From a virus (Duplodnaviria > Heunggongvirae > Uroviricota > Caudoviricetes): 64,000 nucleotides of DNA. The notes below the pieces were generated by a model. The model was not told the DNA's origin, made no database searches, and worked only from the letters and a program-made list of their open reading frames with translations. A program made the position numbers and the translations under genes. Below, in pieces: positions 1 to 10,220 of the stretch (position 1 is the first letter of the stretch; each line of letters opens with the position of its first letter). Location: positions 1-64,000 of the IMG/VR virus record IMGVR_UViG_3300043433_000105, one strand, 5' to 3'.

Positions 1-57
1 CTATTTTCGTACAAAACGTCTTGCAAAGAAGGCTTGGCGCAAAATTGAAAGCAGCAT

Positions 58-495
58 ATGCTGAATAAAGAACTACCATTTCTGTTCAAAGTAGCTGACT
101 TATCGGCTGAACGATCCCATGCAAAACGTGGGAAAGTCGGTGCTGTTGTAGTTGACACTTTTGGTCGCATCATTGCAACAGGCTATAATGGCACCCACCA
201 AGGTGCTGATAACAACTGTGAATATGAATTCATTGGTGAAGATGGTGAATCATCTATGATCACACTCGACACGGTTATTCATGCTGAAGAGAATGCCATG
301 CTGCAAGCTGCAAAACGTGGCCTGCCGCTCAATGGAGCTATCATGGTGACTACCCTATCACCATGTGCCAAATGCTGCTCTCGGATGATCCAAGCAGGTA
401 TTCGGATGGTTATCTACCGTGACGAATACAGGTTGCATTCTGAAGTGCAAAATGAAATGGGGAAATACATGGTGATGCAAAAGTATGAAAATTAA
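58..495 (+). CDS. cd: dCMP deaminase (cytidine/deoxycytidylate deaminase zinc-binding fold)
   Basis: HAEENAM...PCAKCC zinc-binding signature of the CMP/dCMP deaminase family; 145 aa like T4 Cd. Confidence 0.85.
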   Translation: MLNKELPFLFKVADLSAERSHAKRGKVGAVVVDTFGRIIATGYNGTHQGADNNCEYEFIGEDGESSMITLDTVIHAEENAMLQAAKRGLPLNGAIMVTTLSPCAKCCSRMIQAGIRMVIYRDEYRLHSEVQNEMGKYMVMQKYEN

Positions 496-697
496 AAAGA
501 TGTCTGTTGCGGAACTGCAGGCCGAAATTGCCATTCTTAATGGGCAAATTAAGAACATTCAAGATTCGTGTGATCATATTCATTTTGTATCTATACCAGG
601 ATGCAACACTGGTAACTACTCACCCTCGGATGATTGTTACTGGACAGACTATATGTGTCACACTTGTTTATTGAAATGGAGAAAGTATCATGATTAA
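485..697 (+). CDS. small Cys/His-rich hypothetical protein
   Basis: ORF starts 11 nt inside cd; several Cys/His pairs (possible zinc ribbon). Confidence 0.3.
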   Translation: MKIKKMSVAELQAEIAILNGQIKNIQDSCDHIHFVSIPGCNTGNYSPSDDCYWTDYMCHTCLLKWRKYHD

Positions 698-878
698 AAT
701 GATTTTGTTTATTGGGATTGTTGTAGCAAGTTTTTATTTTTTGTTCACTTATTTGAACAACAACCATAAAAGTGTGCTACAATTCATTGGTCAGCGGTTG
801 ATTAAGATCATTCTTACAATCGTTGCAGCGGTTCTTTTTGTTAGTGGTTTTGTAATTCTTTTTTAAAGGAAAATTTAT

Positions 879-1679
879 ATGATGAAGAAAATTTTTGTGA
901 GTATGGTTTTGGCTGCATCTGCTTTGATGGTTGGATGTACCCGTATTGAAACTGGATCGGTGGGCGTTAGGATGGATGCATCCAAACAGATTCAGGGTAC
1001 TGAATTGCAGCCAGGTTCTTGGAACCAGACTTTGGTTGGATCGGTGATTACATTTCCTACCAAGGATTTGACAATCAAGATCGAAAACAAAACGCCAATG
1101 ACTGCAGACAATTCTGCTCTGAGAGAGTTGGATATGACAGTTGTTTACAGCATCAATCCAAGTTCGGTTGCGGAACTTTACTCTACCAAGAGCAAATCTT
1201 TCCATGCTCGTGATGAAGATGGTGACACTGTTTTGATGTATGAGTACATCACCACATTGGTGAATAATGCATCATACAAAGTGGTTCGCAACTACAAGTC
1301 TCTGGAAGTTGGTGACAATCGCCAAAAAATGGAAGCTGAAATCTTGGCAGAAGTTAATGATCAATTGACCAAAGAAAAGCTGAACACTGCTTTGACACTG
1401 ACTGTTGTACAAATTCGCAACGTTGCTCCTAATGATTCGATTCTGCAATCGGCAACTGAGTTTGTCCGTAGCCAAAACGAACTGAAGATCAAAGAAAATG
1501 AAGTGAAGTTGGCAAAGCTAGAGTCTGAACGTATGGCTGCGCTGGCATCCAACTCTGGACAGAGCATTGCCTACATGAATGCTCAAGCAAACCTTAAGGT
1601 GGCTGAAGCTGTTTCAAACGGAAAAGTTCAGACAATTCTGATTCCACATGGCATGTCAGTAATGAATATTGGAAAGTAA
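879..1679 (+). CDS. lipoprotein with SPFH/band-7-like coiled-coil region
   Basis: Signal peptide plus lipobox (LMVGC); coiled-coil segment similar to prohibitin-family proteins; good RBS (AAAGGAAAA). Confidence 0.5.
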   Translation: MMKKIFVSMVLAASALMVGCTRIETGSVGVRMDASKQIQGTELQPGSWNQTLVGSVITFPTKDLTIKIENKTPMTADNSALRELDMTVVYSINPSSVAELYSTKSKSFHARDEDGDTVLMYEYITTLVNNASYKVVRNYKSLEVGDNRQKMEAEILAEVNDQLTKEKLNTALTLTVVQIRNVAPNDSILQSATEFVRSQNELKIKENEVKLAKLESERMAALASNSGQSIAYMNAQANLKVAEAVSNGKVQTILIPHGMSVMNIGK

Positions 1680-1698
1680 TTGAAAATATTTTCAAGAA

Positions 1699-1724
1699 AA
1701 AGGCCCTACGAGGCCTTTTTCTAT
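1699..1724. terminator. bidirectional rho-independent terminator
   Basis: AAAAAGGCC-ctacga-GGCCTTTTT perfect hairpin with A-run and T-run on either side. Confidence 0.6.
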
Positions 1725-1752
1725 TGTATAATTCATTCATCGAAATTTGAAA
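1716..1752 (+). promoter_or_regulatory. early-type promoter/leader cassette (TATAAT + TCATTCATCGAAAT + AAAGG RBS)
   Basis: tgTATAATtcattcatcgaaatttgaaaGGtg..ATG; same cassette recurs more than 20 times in the window. Confidence 0.55.
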
Positions 1753-1753
1753 G

Positions 1754-1957
1754 GTGTTTATGTTAGTTGAACTTACAGAAAAAGAAATCATATTCATCCG
1801 ATCTGCAGCACGCGAATACCGCACTGCTGTGCCAAAAATTGTTAAAGAAAGCCCAGGCCGACTAGAACGATGGATTGAAGAGCGTGAACTTTATGACGAT
1901 TCACGCTCAAGTGTGGATCGAAAAATGACCGATATTCTGGCAAACATGGTGAATTAA
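1754..1957 (+). CDS. hypothetical early protein
   Basis: ORF directly after the promoter cassette. Confidence 0.35.
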   Translation: MFMLVELTEKEIIFIRSAAREYRTAVPKIVKESPGRLERWIEERELYDDSRSSVDRKMTDILANMVN

Positions 1958-2154
1958 AATGTTTACAAAGCTAATTAAAAACGAAAGTTACTCGTGTGGT
2001 GAACTTTACAACTGCTGCAGTTGTGGCGGTGGTGACGATGGTAGCTGCGGATGTAGATATTGCTACGATTGTCACGCATGTGAAGCATGCCGAGGTGATG
2101 ACGAATCTGTTGAGTGTGAATTAATTTCAAAGTAATTTAAAAACTTCTGAAAAT

Positions 2155-2197
2155 TGTTGTATAATTCATCCATCGAAATTCAAAAGAGGTAAACAGA
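2155..2197 (+). promoter_or_regulatory. early-type promoter/leader cassette
   Basis: tgTATAATtcatccatcgaaattcaaaagAGGtaaacagaATG. Confidence 0.55.
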
Positions 2198-2638
2198 ATG
2201 ATCTTCCAAAAGCCAACTGAAAACATGCATACCGAAGTTTGGGTGAAAATCGACAACGAAGATACTTTTATTGGCTCGGTGGATCAGATGTATGACTGCT
2301 ATTCATCTGAAATTCGTCGGCTGGAAAAAATCGCAAATGGCCTGTTGGTTAATGCTCGACTCCATGCTGAACGCAAAGCTGCGCAGATTGTCAAGTTGAA
2401 CCTTGCAGACGCACAACTGATTAAGAAAACCAAAGATATTATTTTTCCTTGGGCTGGTGGTTCTTGGCCCGAAGAATTGGAAGTAACTAGCCATATCACC
2501 GGTACTGTGGTAAAATACAAGAAAGCACCATACGAGCATCCTAAGTTTGATGCTGATGGATGGGATGGTATGGGTATGCTGTATGTGCCTGAAAACCAAG
2601 CAGATACTACTTGGACAGTTAAACTCTGGATTGTTTAA
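2198..2638 (+). CDS. hypothetical protein
   Basis: 146-aa ORF after the cassette; no recognisable motif. Confidence 0.45.
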   Translation: MIFQKPTENMHTEVWVKIDNEDTFIGSVDQMYDCYSSEIRRLEKIANGLLVNARLHAERKAAQIVKLNLADAQLIKKTKDIIFPWAGGSWPEELEVTSHITGTVVKYKKAPYEHPKFDADGWDGMGMLYVPENQADTTWTVKLWIV

Positions 2639-2639
2639 T

Positions 2640-2936
2640 ATGAAGGGAAAATTAATGCGTGAATTTAAAACACTCTATGAAGTGACTGGCGATATCAAAG
2701 ACATCAACACATTGTTGGTTTCTCGCACAGAAATGAAAGAGATTAAGAAAGATGGTGAACGACTCGACTTTTTGGGTCAAAACTTCTTTCATCGTGAAAA
2801 CGTGGATTGGGTCACTGGCAACTTGATCAAAGACACGAATATGTGGGTATTCTTTGCACCATCTAATGTGCAAGGTGATATTCGTGTTGTGCTAGATGCT
2901 GCAAAAGAAAAGCAGCGCATCCCTTATGAGAGCTAA
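2640..2936 (+). CDS. hypothetical protein
   Basis: In-frame ATG immediately after the upstream stop (MKGKLMREF...); track ORF 2547-2936 trimmed so it no longer overlaps the upstream gene. Confidence 0.4.
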   Translation: MKGKLMREFKTLYEVTGDIKDINTLLVSRTEMKEIKKDGERLDFLGQNFFHRENVDWVTGNLIKDTNMWVFFAPSNVQGDIRVVLDAAKEKQRIPYES

Positions 2937-3017
2937 GATGTGTTTTTGTGCATACTGATAATTACGGTGTTGATATAATCAGTCGTGATCTAGAACGACA
3001 TTTTGGAATTAAACTAA

Positions 3018-3215
3018 ATGCAGACAATTCGTGAACAAGCAATTCATTACGCGCAAGAGTCTGGCTTTAAAGCCAGTTTAGGTAAAACAGATCGAAATGG
3101 AAAATACACTCCACATGTGAATGCGCTTTTTAAATCTGTGCCAGTGGAGTGGATTGAGACTTTGATTGAAAAAGTTCAACAAGATATGTTGACTAACAAA
3201 CAAAATAGTGTATAA
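3018..3215 (+). CDS. hypothetical protein
   Basis: Preceded by TGATATAAT -10-like element. Confidence 0.35.
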   Translation: MQTIREQAIHYAQESGFKASLGKTDRNGKYTPHVNALFKSVPVEWIETLIEKVQQDMLTNKQNSV

Positions 3216-3249
3216 TTGCTAACTTAACTATGAAGGATTTTAAAAACCT

Positions 3250-5277
3250 ATGAAACTCGTAACCAAACACTTTGATGAAAACCAAACTACAGATATCGCT
3301 ATCCCCATGCAGCGTATCGTCGTGGTTGACTGCTCTGGTTCCATGTATGGCGAACTGCCAAAGCTGCGCACTCAACTGAAAAACAAGCTGCCCACTATGG
3401 TAGCACCTGACGATACTCTGACCCTGATTTGGTTCTCTTCGCGTGGCGAGTGCGGCACCATTTTTGAAAATCTGAACATCACAAATGCAAAAGACTTGCA
3501 AGCGGTAAACACTGCTATTGATCGTTTCTTGGTTGCACGTGGCGCAACAGGCTTTAAAGACCCACTGGAAAAGGTTGTTGAATTGGCTATCGCTAGTTCT
3601 GATCGACCAGTTTCTTTGAACTTCATGACTGATGGTGGTGAAAATCAATCTTCGCGTTCTGAAATCATCAAGGTCTGCACCAAAGTTGCTGACACTGTTG
3701 CATCCTCTGTAGTGGTTTCTTATGGCTACTACGCTGATGACGCATTCCTAACCCAGATGGCAGAAGAAATGGGTGGTGAAATGATCGGCGCGGGTGACTT
3801 CCAATCGTATACCGATGTATTGACTCGTTCGCTGAATACTCGTGCTTCGGGTAAGCGCAAAATCGTTGAAGGCCTGCCTTTGGACACAATGATTGTGGGT
3901 CACATGGATGAAAGCTACGTGACTGCTAAAGCTGATGCATCCGGTAAAGTTGCTATGCCTTCCAACTGCATTGCATACTCATATTTCACCGGTTCTGGTG
4001 ACATTGCAGAAGTCGAAGACGAATTTGCTGCTGTGCAGGTTGTTGGTGCCTTGGTGCAACGTGGTGAGTCTGATAAGGCTTTGGAATTGTCTGGATTGAT
4101 CGGTGATGAAACTCTGTTCAATACCGTGCAGAATGCGTTCTCTAAGCAAGATTTTAACCGTGTGGTGGCCTTGGTTGGTGCTTACCATCCATTCGTTGAC
4201 AAACCCCGCAATCTGAAGTTGAAGCAAGACCCTAACGCATACAACGTGTTGACATTGCTGATGGATTTGGCAGACACCGAAGGTAACTTCCTGCATATTT
4301 CGCATCCAGAATTCAGCTACAGCGCAATCGGCGGTAAGCGTGAAACTGTTGCTGATGAAGGCGGCTTCAAGCCTGTTTTCTCTTCCAAAGAAGGTGAAGT
4401 GAAGGCTGCTATCAGCACATTGAAGTTTGACGAAGATCGGCCTAACGTGTCTATTCTGACTCGCCGCGAAGGTAGCGTTTCTTTGCCTAAAAATGAGTTG
4501 GGTTTTGGTGAATCGGTGGATAGTTTCATTTGGCGTAACTATGCTATCATTCGTGATGGTATCGTGAATGTGAAGAAACTGCCTGTTGTGCTGACCAAGG
4601 CAACTTATGACTTGCTGAAGCAAAACGGTATTCCTTTGGAGCCTTTCAAGGTCAACACCACATACGTGATTGACGTGTCTGGTATGCCTGTTATTAACCG
4701 CTCCATGGCTGCGCCTGTAACTGCTAAGGATATGTTCACATGGCAGTTTGATCTGTACAAACTGCGCGTCTCGCAAAAGATTTTGAATTCTCGTATTGAA
4801 AAGCCTGAATTCTCTGAAGACTTTGCTAAGAAGTATGGTGAAGACGGTGCTGCTTTCTTGAAGCAATATGGTGTAACACCTGGTGGTTTCTCTCCCAAGA
4901 CAACCAAGGGCGAAAGTGTTGATGCATACGTTGCAAAGGCACTGGAGATTAGTTTGTCTGGTTTGAACAGCATTCCTAAAATCTCTGATGTGGAAGCTGA
5001 TATCGCTGCTGGCAAGAATTTGACACCCGCTAAACAAGTGGTTGCAAAGGCTTTGAAGGATTTGGAACCTATCACTGATAACGAAGCTGCTCTCAAGATG
5101 CTGAAGGTCAATATCGCTATTCTGCGTGACAAGATCATCAAAGCAAAGTTTGGTGTGATTTTGGGTCGCAGAATCTTTACTGATATGACAAGTTGGGATG
5201 ATAATACTAAGACAATGGATTTTGGTCTTTCCAAGCCAATCAAAGCATCTGCTGAATTGGTTGATAAGGAAGTCTAA
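3250..5277 (+). CDS. von Willebrand factor A (vWA) domain protein, 675 aa
   Basis: N-terminal VVVDCSGSM (MIDAS DxSxS) motif followed by a large C-terminal extension. Confidence 0.7.
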   Translation: MKLVTKHFDENQTTDIAIPMQRIVVVDCSGSMYGELPKLRTQLKNKLPTMVAPDDTLTLIWFSSRGECGTIFENLNITNAKDLQAVNTAIDRFLVARGATGFKDPLEKVVELAIASSDRPVSLNFMTDGGENQSSRSEIIKVCTKVADTVASSVVVSYGYYADDAFLTQMAEEMGGEMIGAGDFQSYTDVLTRSLNTRASGKRKIVEGLPLDTMIVGHMDESYVTAKADASGKVAMPSNCIAYSYFTGSGDIAEVEDEFAAVQVVGALVQRGESDKALELSGLIGDETLFNTVQNAFSKQDFNRVVALVGAYHPFVDKPRNLKLKQDPNAYNVLTLLMDLADTEGNFLHISHPEFSYSAIGGKRETVADEGGFKPVFSSKEGEVKAAISTLKFDEDRPNVSILTRREGSVSLPKNELGFGESVDSFIWRNYAIIRDGIVNVKKLPVVLTKATYDLLKQNGIPLEPFKVNTTYVIDVSGMPVINRSMAAPVTAKDMFTWQFDLYKLRVSQKILNSRIEKPEFSEDFAKKYGEDGAAFLKQYGVTPGGFSPKTTKGESVDAYVAKALEISLSGLNSIPKISDVEADIAAGKNLTPAKQVVAKALKDLEPITDNEAALKMLKVNIAILRDKIIKAKFGVILGRRIFTDMTSWDDNTKTMDFGLSKPIKASAELVDKEV

Positions 5278-6373
5278 GCAGTGTGGCGACTATGGGCGAA
5301 AGCCCTAGGTGAAAAAGCTGGCAACAATGACTGCGAAGCAAATAAAATTGCGATTATTCGAACGGTCATTGTTGTTAGTGGTATAATCACCAATGTCGTA
5401 ATCGTTGCAGGTGTAATTCGACATTGGTAAAATTAACTTAAAGATAGGAAATCAACATGATCACATTGTTCAATTGCGAAGGTGAAGGCGTTAACGTGGT
5501 GCTTGAAGCCAGCGATGAAATTAAGCAACTCCAAGAGCGCAATCGCGAACGTGTTGAGTTAGTTAAGAAGACTATGGGCACCAAGTATCTGTTGCATCCT
5601 GAAAACCGCCGCCCACGTTTGACTACGCCGCGATAACCTATGACTGATTGTGATAATTTAAAATTTATCGGATGGGTTGTTCTTGACGTTAATGGTTTGG
5701 TGTTTCATATGATACCCAAATCAAAAGACTTCTATGGGCAAATTATCGAAAATGATGCTCCTTCAAAGGAATACATTTCATTTTTGGAGCGTGATTGGGC
5801 AGGTCTTGTCCCGTTTACTGTAAAAGAACTTTACTGCTGAAATGTTTGCTCCTTCTCATTTGATTGAAAAGTTAGAACAGTTCCCCCAAGATTCAGCAAT
5901 ATGTTGACATGTCTTGGGGAACTGTTAGACTAAAAGAATATCTCGAACACCTAATGGGTGACACTCGGGAAGGAACTCGACAAGGGTTTCCTCTTGAAGT
6001 GTCATCTGCTCTCATTAACCTCGCTCTCGAAAATCAAGCATACTTAGAATCAAAAGGTCTTAGCTTTGAAGAAGACCCTGTTACGCAATTTACTGTAACA
6101 GGGTGGCAATTACCTAAAAATTTCTGAATGACTGATGAAGTACGTATTGTAAAAGTACACGAAACACACACCACATTATATGCGCTAGAACCTGGGGAAA
6201 CCCTACCAGACGCGCTTTCGGTCTTCAATCGAACAGACCACACCAGAATCCCATTTCAAAGCGTTAGAACCGCTTCTAACGTGATTGAGCTAGACTCACT
6301 TCCATTCGATTCTCCCTTGCTGCATCAGGATTATTCTGATATGGCTACCTATAACTTTAACTAAGGAAATTTT

Positions 6374-6856
6374 ATGTCAAATACATTACAAGACACATTC
6401 AACTGGTTCGCAGAAGCCATTTCACAATCTAAAATTACAAAGAAAGCTCAATCAGTTCAGATTGGTGTGCATATTGAAGAATTTGTTGAAATGCTGGAAA
6501 CAATTCGCGTTCAAGGTGTTGATACCCAAATCGCACAGGCAATTGATTTGCTGACTATTGTTGCAGACCACCTCAAGAAAAACTCCACCAGTTTCGTAAT
6601 CATGGATCGCAAGGAATTCCTTGATGCCATGGTTGACCAGATCGTTACAGCAACCGGTACAGGTTATCTGCAAGGTATGGATATCGTTGGTGGTCTTAAT
6701 GAAATCAACGGATCAAATTATAGCAAGTTTGCGGATGGTAAAGCTATTTTCGATGCTAACGGAAAGATCGCAAAGAACCCAGAAACCTACTACAAGGCTA
6801 ATCTGACTCCATTTGTCGGTATTGATGTGACGGAAATCGAAAATCCCCCACTGTAA
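6374..6856 (+). CDS. hypothetical protein upstream of gp32
   Basis: 160-aa ORF; no similarity to T4 gp59 recognised. Confidence 0.45.
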   Translation: MSNTLQDTFNWFAEAISQSKITKKAQSVQIGVHIEEFVEMLETIRVQGVDTQIAQAIDLLTIVADHLKKNSTSFVIMDRKEFLDAMVDQIVTATGTGYLQGMDIVGGLNEINGSNYSKFADGKAIFDANGKIAKNPETYYKANLTPFVGIDVTEIENPPL

Positions 6857-6994
6857 TCTCTGCTGTTGACAGAACAAAAGTCAATAGTAAACTAGAATTT
6901 GTGGGAAATAAATCACCCATAAATACATAAGTCTGGTATGTATTGTACCAGCATTTTTAATCTTTCACAATATTACATTAAAGGAAAATATTAC

Positions 6995-7966
6995 ATGTCT
7001 AAATTCGGAATGAACTTCTCTACTCTGCTTTCTCAAATTGATACCGTCAATACGAAAAAGGATTATAGCGAAGACCAGAAAAATTACTGGAAATTGACCA
7101 AAGACAAGGAAGGCAATGGCTCTGCTATTATCCGTTTCTTGCCATCCAAGAACCTAGAAGACTTCCCATTTGTGCGTATGTACAGCCACGCTTTCAAAGA
7201 CCCTTCGACACAGAAATGGTACATTGAAAACTCACTCTCTACTATTGGTCAAGTAGACTATATTGCAGAGTGCAATCGTGAACTGTGGAACACTGGCATC
7301 GATGAGAATAAGAAAATTACTCAGCGTCAAAAGCGCAAACTGCAGTACATTTCTAGCATTCTGGTTGTTAAAGACCCTGCGAACCCTGAAAACAACGGTA
7401 AAGTGTTTCTGTTCAAGTATGGCAAAACCATTTTTGATAAGATCGTTGCTGCTGCAAAGCCAGAGCCAGTAGAAAACGAAGATGGTGAAATGGAAACTGC
7501 TGATGCTGTCAATGCTTTCGACCCAATCGAAGGTGCTGCATTCTCTCTGAAGCAAACAATTGTTGAAAAGTTCCCCAACTTTGACAGTTCTACGTTTTTG
7601 AAGAAAAAGCCTCTGTTTGATGGTGACGAAGACAAGATTGAAGAATTGTTTGCAAACCTGTTTGATATCAATTTGGAAATCGCAGAAGACAAATTCAAGT
7701 CTTATGATGACTTGAAGCAACGTTACTTAGTTGTGACTGGCGAAGTCGCTGAAACACCAAAGGGTAAAGGTAAGCCAAAAGCTGCTGCACCTAAAGATGA
7801 TGATGTTGACGATACTTTGGATGAAATGGAAAAACTTGCAAAAGAAACCCCACAACCAAAGCCAGCAAAGGCAAAGGCTGAAAAAGCCCCACGTGCTGAA
7901 ACACCAATTCCAACCATGGATGATGCAGGCGACGATGATGCATTTTTCCAAAGTTTGATTGACTAA
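6995..7966 (+). CDS. 32: ssDNA-binding protein gp32
   Basis: Strong match to T4 gp32 (AIIRFLPSK, YIENSLST, ILVVKDPANPENNGKVF, acidic C-terminal tail); start moved to MSKFGM after an RBS. Confidence 0.9.
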   Translation: MSKFGMNFSTLLSQIDTVNTKKDYSEDQKNYWKLTKDKEGNGSAIIRFLPSKNLEDFPFVRMYSHAFKDPSTQKWYIENSLSTIGQVDYIAECNRELWNTGIDENKKITQRQKRKLQYISSILVVKDPANPENNGKVFLFKYGKTIFDKIVAAAKPEPVENEDGEMETADAVNAFDPIEGAAFSLKQTIVEKFPNFDSSTFLKKKPLFDGDEDKIEELFANLFDINLEIAEDKFKSYDDLKQRYLVVTGEVAETPKGKGKPKAAAPKDDDVDDTLDEMEKLAKETPQPKPAKAKAEKAPRAETPIPTMDDAGDDDAFFQSLID

Positions 7967-8002
7967 TTCACTGCATATTAAATAGTAATAACTTTTACTA
8001 TG

Positions 8003-8038
8003 TAAGCCCTAAGATGTAAAAGTCTTAGGGCTTTTTTA
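8003..8038 (+). terminator. rho-independent terminator after gene 32
   Basis: AGCCCTAAGA-tgtaaaag-TCTTAGGGCT followed by TTTTTTAA. Confidence 0.55.
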
Positions 8039-8040
8039 AT

Positions 8041-9684
8041 ATGGCAACTCAAAATCAAAATATCTATTACAACGGCAACAAAAACTTGAAGAACCATGGG
8101 GTAGTTATGAACTACACCCAAGATCAACTCAACGAGTGGGCTAAATGCGCGGCTGACCCAATCTACTTTATCAAGACATATGTGAAAATTGTTCACGTGG
8201 ATCGTGGTATAATCCCCTTTGAACTTTACCCATTCCAAGAACGGATCATTAACGCATATGTAAACAATCGAAAAGTAATCTGTAAGATTGGTCGCCAACA
8301 AGGTAAGACACAAACTACTGCGGCTTTCTTTTTGTGGTTCATTATTTTCCATGACGTTAAACTTGTTGGTATCATGGCTAACAAGGCTGCAGTTGCGCGT
8401 GAAATTTTAAGTCGTATTCAATTCTCTTACGAAGGTCTTCCTTTCTGGATGCAGCCTGGCGTAAAAGAGTGGAACAAAGGTTCCATCGAATTGTCCAATG
8501 GTAGCGGTATCATCACTGCCGCAACATCCCCAAACGCGATTCGTGGATTCTCTGTTTCTGCTTTGTATATCGATGAAACAGCGTTCATTCCGCCTAACAT
8601 TGCAGAAGAGTTTTTCACATCTGTTTTCCCTACAATTTCTTCAGGTAAAGATACTCGAATCTATTTGTCATCAACCCCAAAGGGTTTAAACCACTACCAC
8701 AAAATGTGGGTAGAGGCAGAGCAAGGTACCAACGGTTTCTTTCCTGTTGCGGCAGAGTGGCACGAGAACCCTTCACGCGACGAAAAATGGCGTCTGGATC
8801 AGCTACAGACCCTTGGTGAACTGAAGTATAACCAGGAAGTGCTTTGCCAATTTATGGGAAGTTCTAAGACCCTGTTAAACGGTGCTACGCTGATGGCGTT
8901 GACAACAGTTCCACCGATCTTTATAAAAGACAAATTAGAGTATTTCAAGCAACCTGTCAAGGGTAGAAATTATGTCATCACAGTTGATACATCACGTGGT
9001 CGCCACTTAGATTTCTCTGCACTGACTGTAATTGATATCACAAGTTTGCCATATGAAGTTGTTGCAACTTATAAAGATAACGAAATTTCGCCAGAAAGCT
9101 ATCCACATTTGATTTACACAATTGCAAAGAGCTATAATGATGCATATGTTTTAATTGAAGTAAACGACCTTGGTGAAATGATCAGTTCAAACCTGTTCTA
9201 CGAATTTGAGTATGAAAATGTTTACTTTACATTCAAAGATGTTTTGAACGAAGGAAGAGGATACCCTGGTATTCGAACCACCAAGAAAGTGAAGGCAATC
9301 GGCTGCGCTACTTTGAAGAGTTTGATGGAGCAGGATCAGTTGATAATCAACTCCCACAAGATATTGACTGAGTTTGGAGTGTTTTCGCAGAAAGGTGCTT
9401 CCTATGCTGCGGATGACGAAGAAATCAATGATGACTTGATGACTTGTTTGTGGTTGTTTGCTTGGTTGACAAAACAGCCTTTGTTTGCTGAGTTGACAGA
9501 CACCAATATTCGTTCTATTCTGGCTAAGAAGACAGAGCAGTACATTGATGAAAATATGTTGCCGTTTGGCTTTATTGATGATGGCAGAGATGCCGTTGGT
9601 GATATCGACGTTATGCAACGTGTTGGTGGCGGTGCTGACTGGATGCAAAAATGGCTAATGTCAGACTTGCAACCACGTGACTAA
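8041..9684 (+). CDS. 17: terminase large subunit (gp17-like)
   Basis: Walker A GRQQGKTQ; blocks IMANKAAVAREIL, KEWNKGSIELSNGS and IDETAFIP parallel T4 gp17. Confidence 0.9.
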   Translation: MATQNQNIYYNGNKNLKNHGVVMNYTQDQLNEWAKCAADPIYFIKTYVKIVHVDRGIIPFELYPFQERIINAYVNNRKVICKIGRQQGKTQTTAAFFLWFIIFHDVKLVGIMANKAAVAREILSRIQFSYEGLPFWMQPGVKEWNKGSIELSNGSGIITAATSPNAIRGFSVSALYIDETAFIPPNIAEEFFTSVFPTISSGKDTRIYLSSTPKGLNHYHKMWVEAEQGTNGFFPVAAEWHENPSRDEKWRLDQLQTLGELKYNQEVLCQFMGSSKTLLNGATLMALTTVPPIFIKDKLEYFKQPVKGRNYVITVDTSRGRHLDFSALTVIDITSLPYEVVATYKDNEISPESYPHLIYTIAKSYNDAYVLIEVNDLGEMISSNLFYEFEYENVYFTFKDVLNEGRGYPGIRTTKKVKAIGCATLKSLMEQDQLIINSHKILTEFGVFSQKGASYAADDEEINDDLMTCLWLFAWLTKQPLFAELTDTNIRSILAKKTEQYIDENMLPFGFIDDGRDAVGDIDVMQRVGGGADWMQKWLMSDLQPRD

Positions 9685-9687
9685 TCT

Positions 9688-9729
9688 GTGCTATAATCTA
9701 AACATCGAAATTTAAAAGGTGTTTCAATA
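9688..9729 (+). promoter_or_regulatory. early-type promoter/leader cassette at a convergent junction
   Basis: tgcTATAATctaaacatcgaaatttaaaaGGtgtttcaatATG; downstream only tiny ORFs and an A8 tract. Confidence 0.45.
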
Positions 9730-9890
9730 TGAAAATTTTAGTTACGATTCACTTTGAAAGTGGAATCAAAATTTCAAAAAAAATACGACGAAGATGATTT
9801 TCTTTTGGCAACAACTGAATATCTTCGCTTGATGCAAAATCTGAAGCCAGGACAAAAAGTATCCATGACTTCAGAAAGCCCTAAAACAAA

Positions 9891-10220
9891 TTACTGATTT
9901 TGGTATGCATGTTGCTTAGGGGCTAAAGAACCGTCTTTAAGCCCCTTCTTCATTTTTTCTCTATGCGCGTCGTCGGCATCAGGATCAGCATATCTTTGTG
10001 ACATAACAGCATCAATTGCTGCACTACTTTCTCCACGTGCTGTGTGTCCACGTTTGACTTTTGCAAGATACTCATCATGTGACATAGAAAGAGTTTTCTT
10101 CCATATATCGCGTAATTTATCGTTACTCGCAATAGTCTCTGCACTTGGGTTGCGATCCAAACCCGCCCATGCCTCTTTAATTTGATCTAATTTAGCAAAA
10201 ACTTCTTCTTTAGTATCCAT
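9891..10220 (-). CDS. hypothetical protein
   Basis: 109-aa ORF at the end of the minus-strand structural block. Confidence 0.4.
   Translation of the reverse strand: MDTKEEVFAKLDQIKEAWAGLDRNPSAETIASNDKLRDIWKKTLSMSHDEYLAKVKRGHTARGESSAAIDAVMSQRYADPDADDAHREKMKKGLKDGSLAPKQHAYQNQ

Noticed and set aside
3979-5037. 352-aa ORF antisense to the vWA gene
   Set aside because: Entirely inside a well-supported plus-strand gene. Low-complexity, Cys/Arg-rich translation typical of antisense frames, with no motif or RBS.
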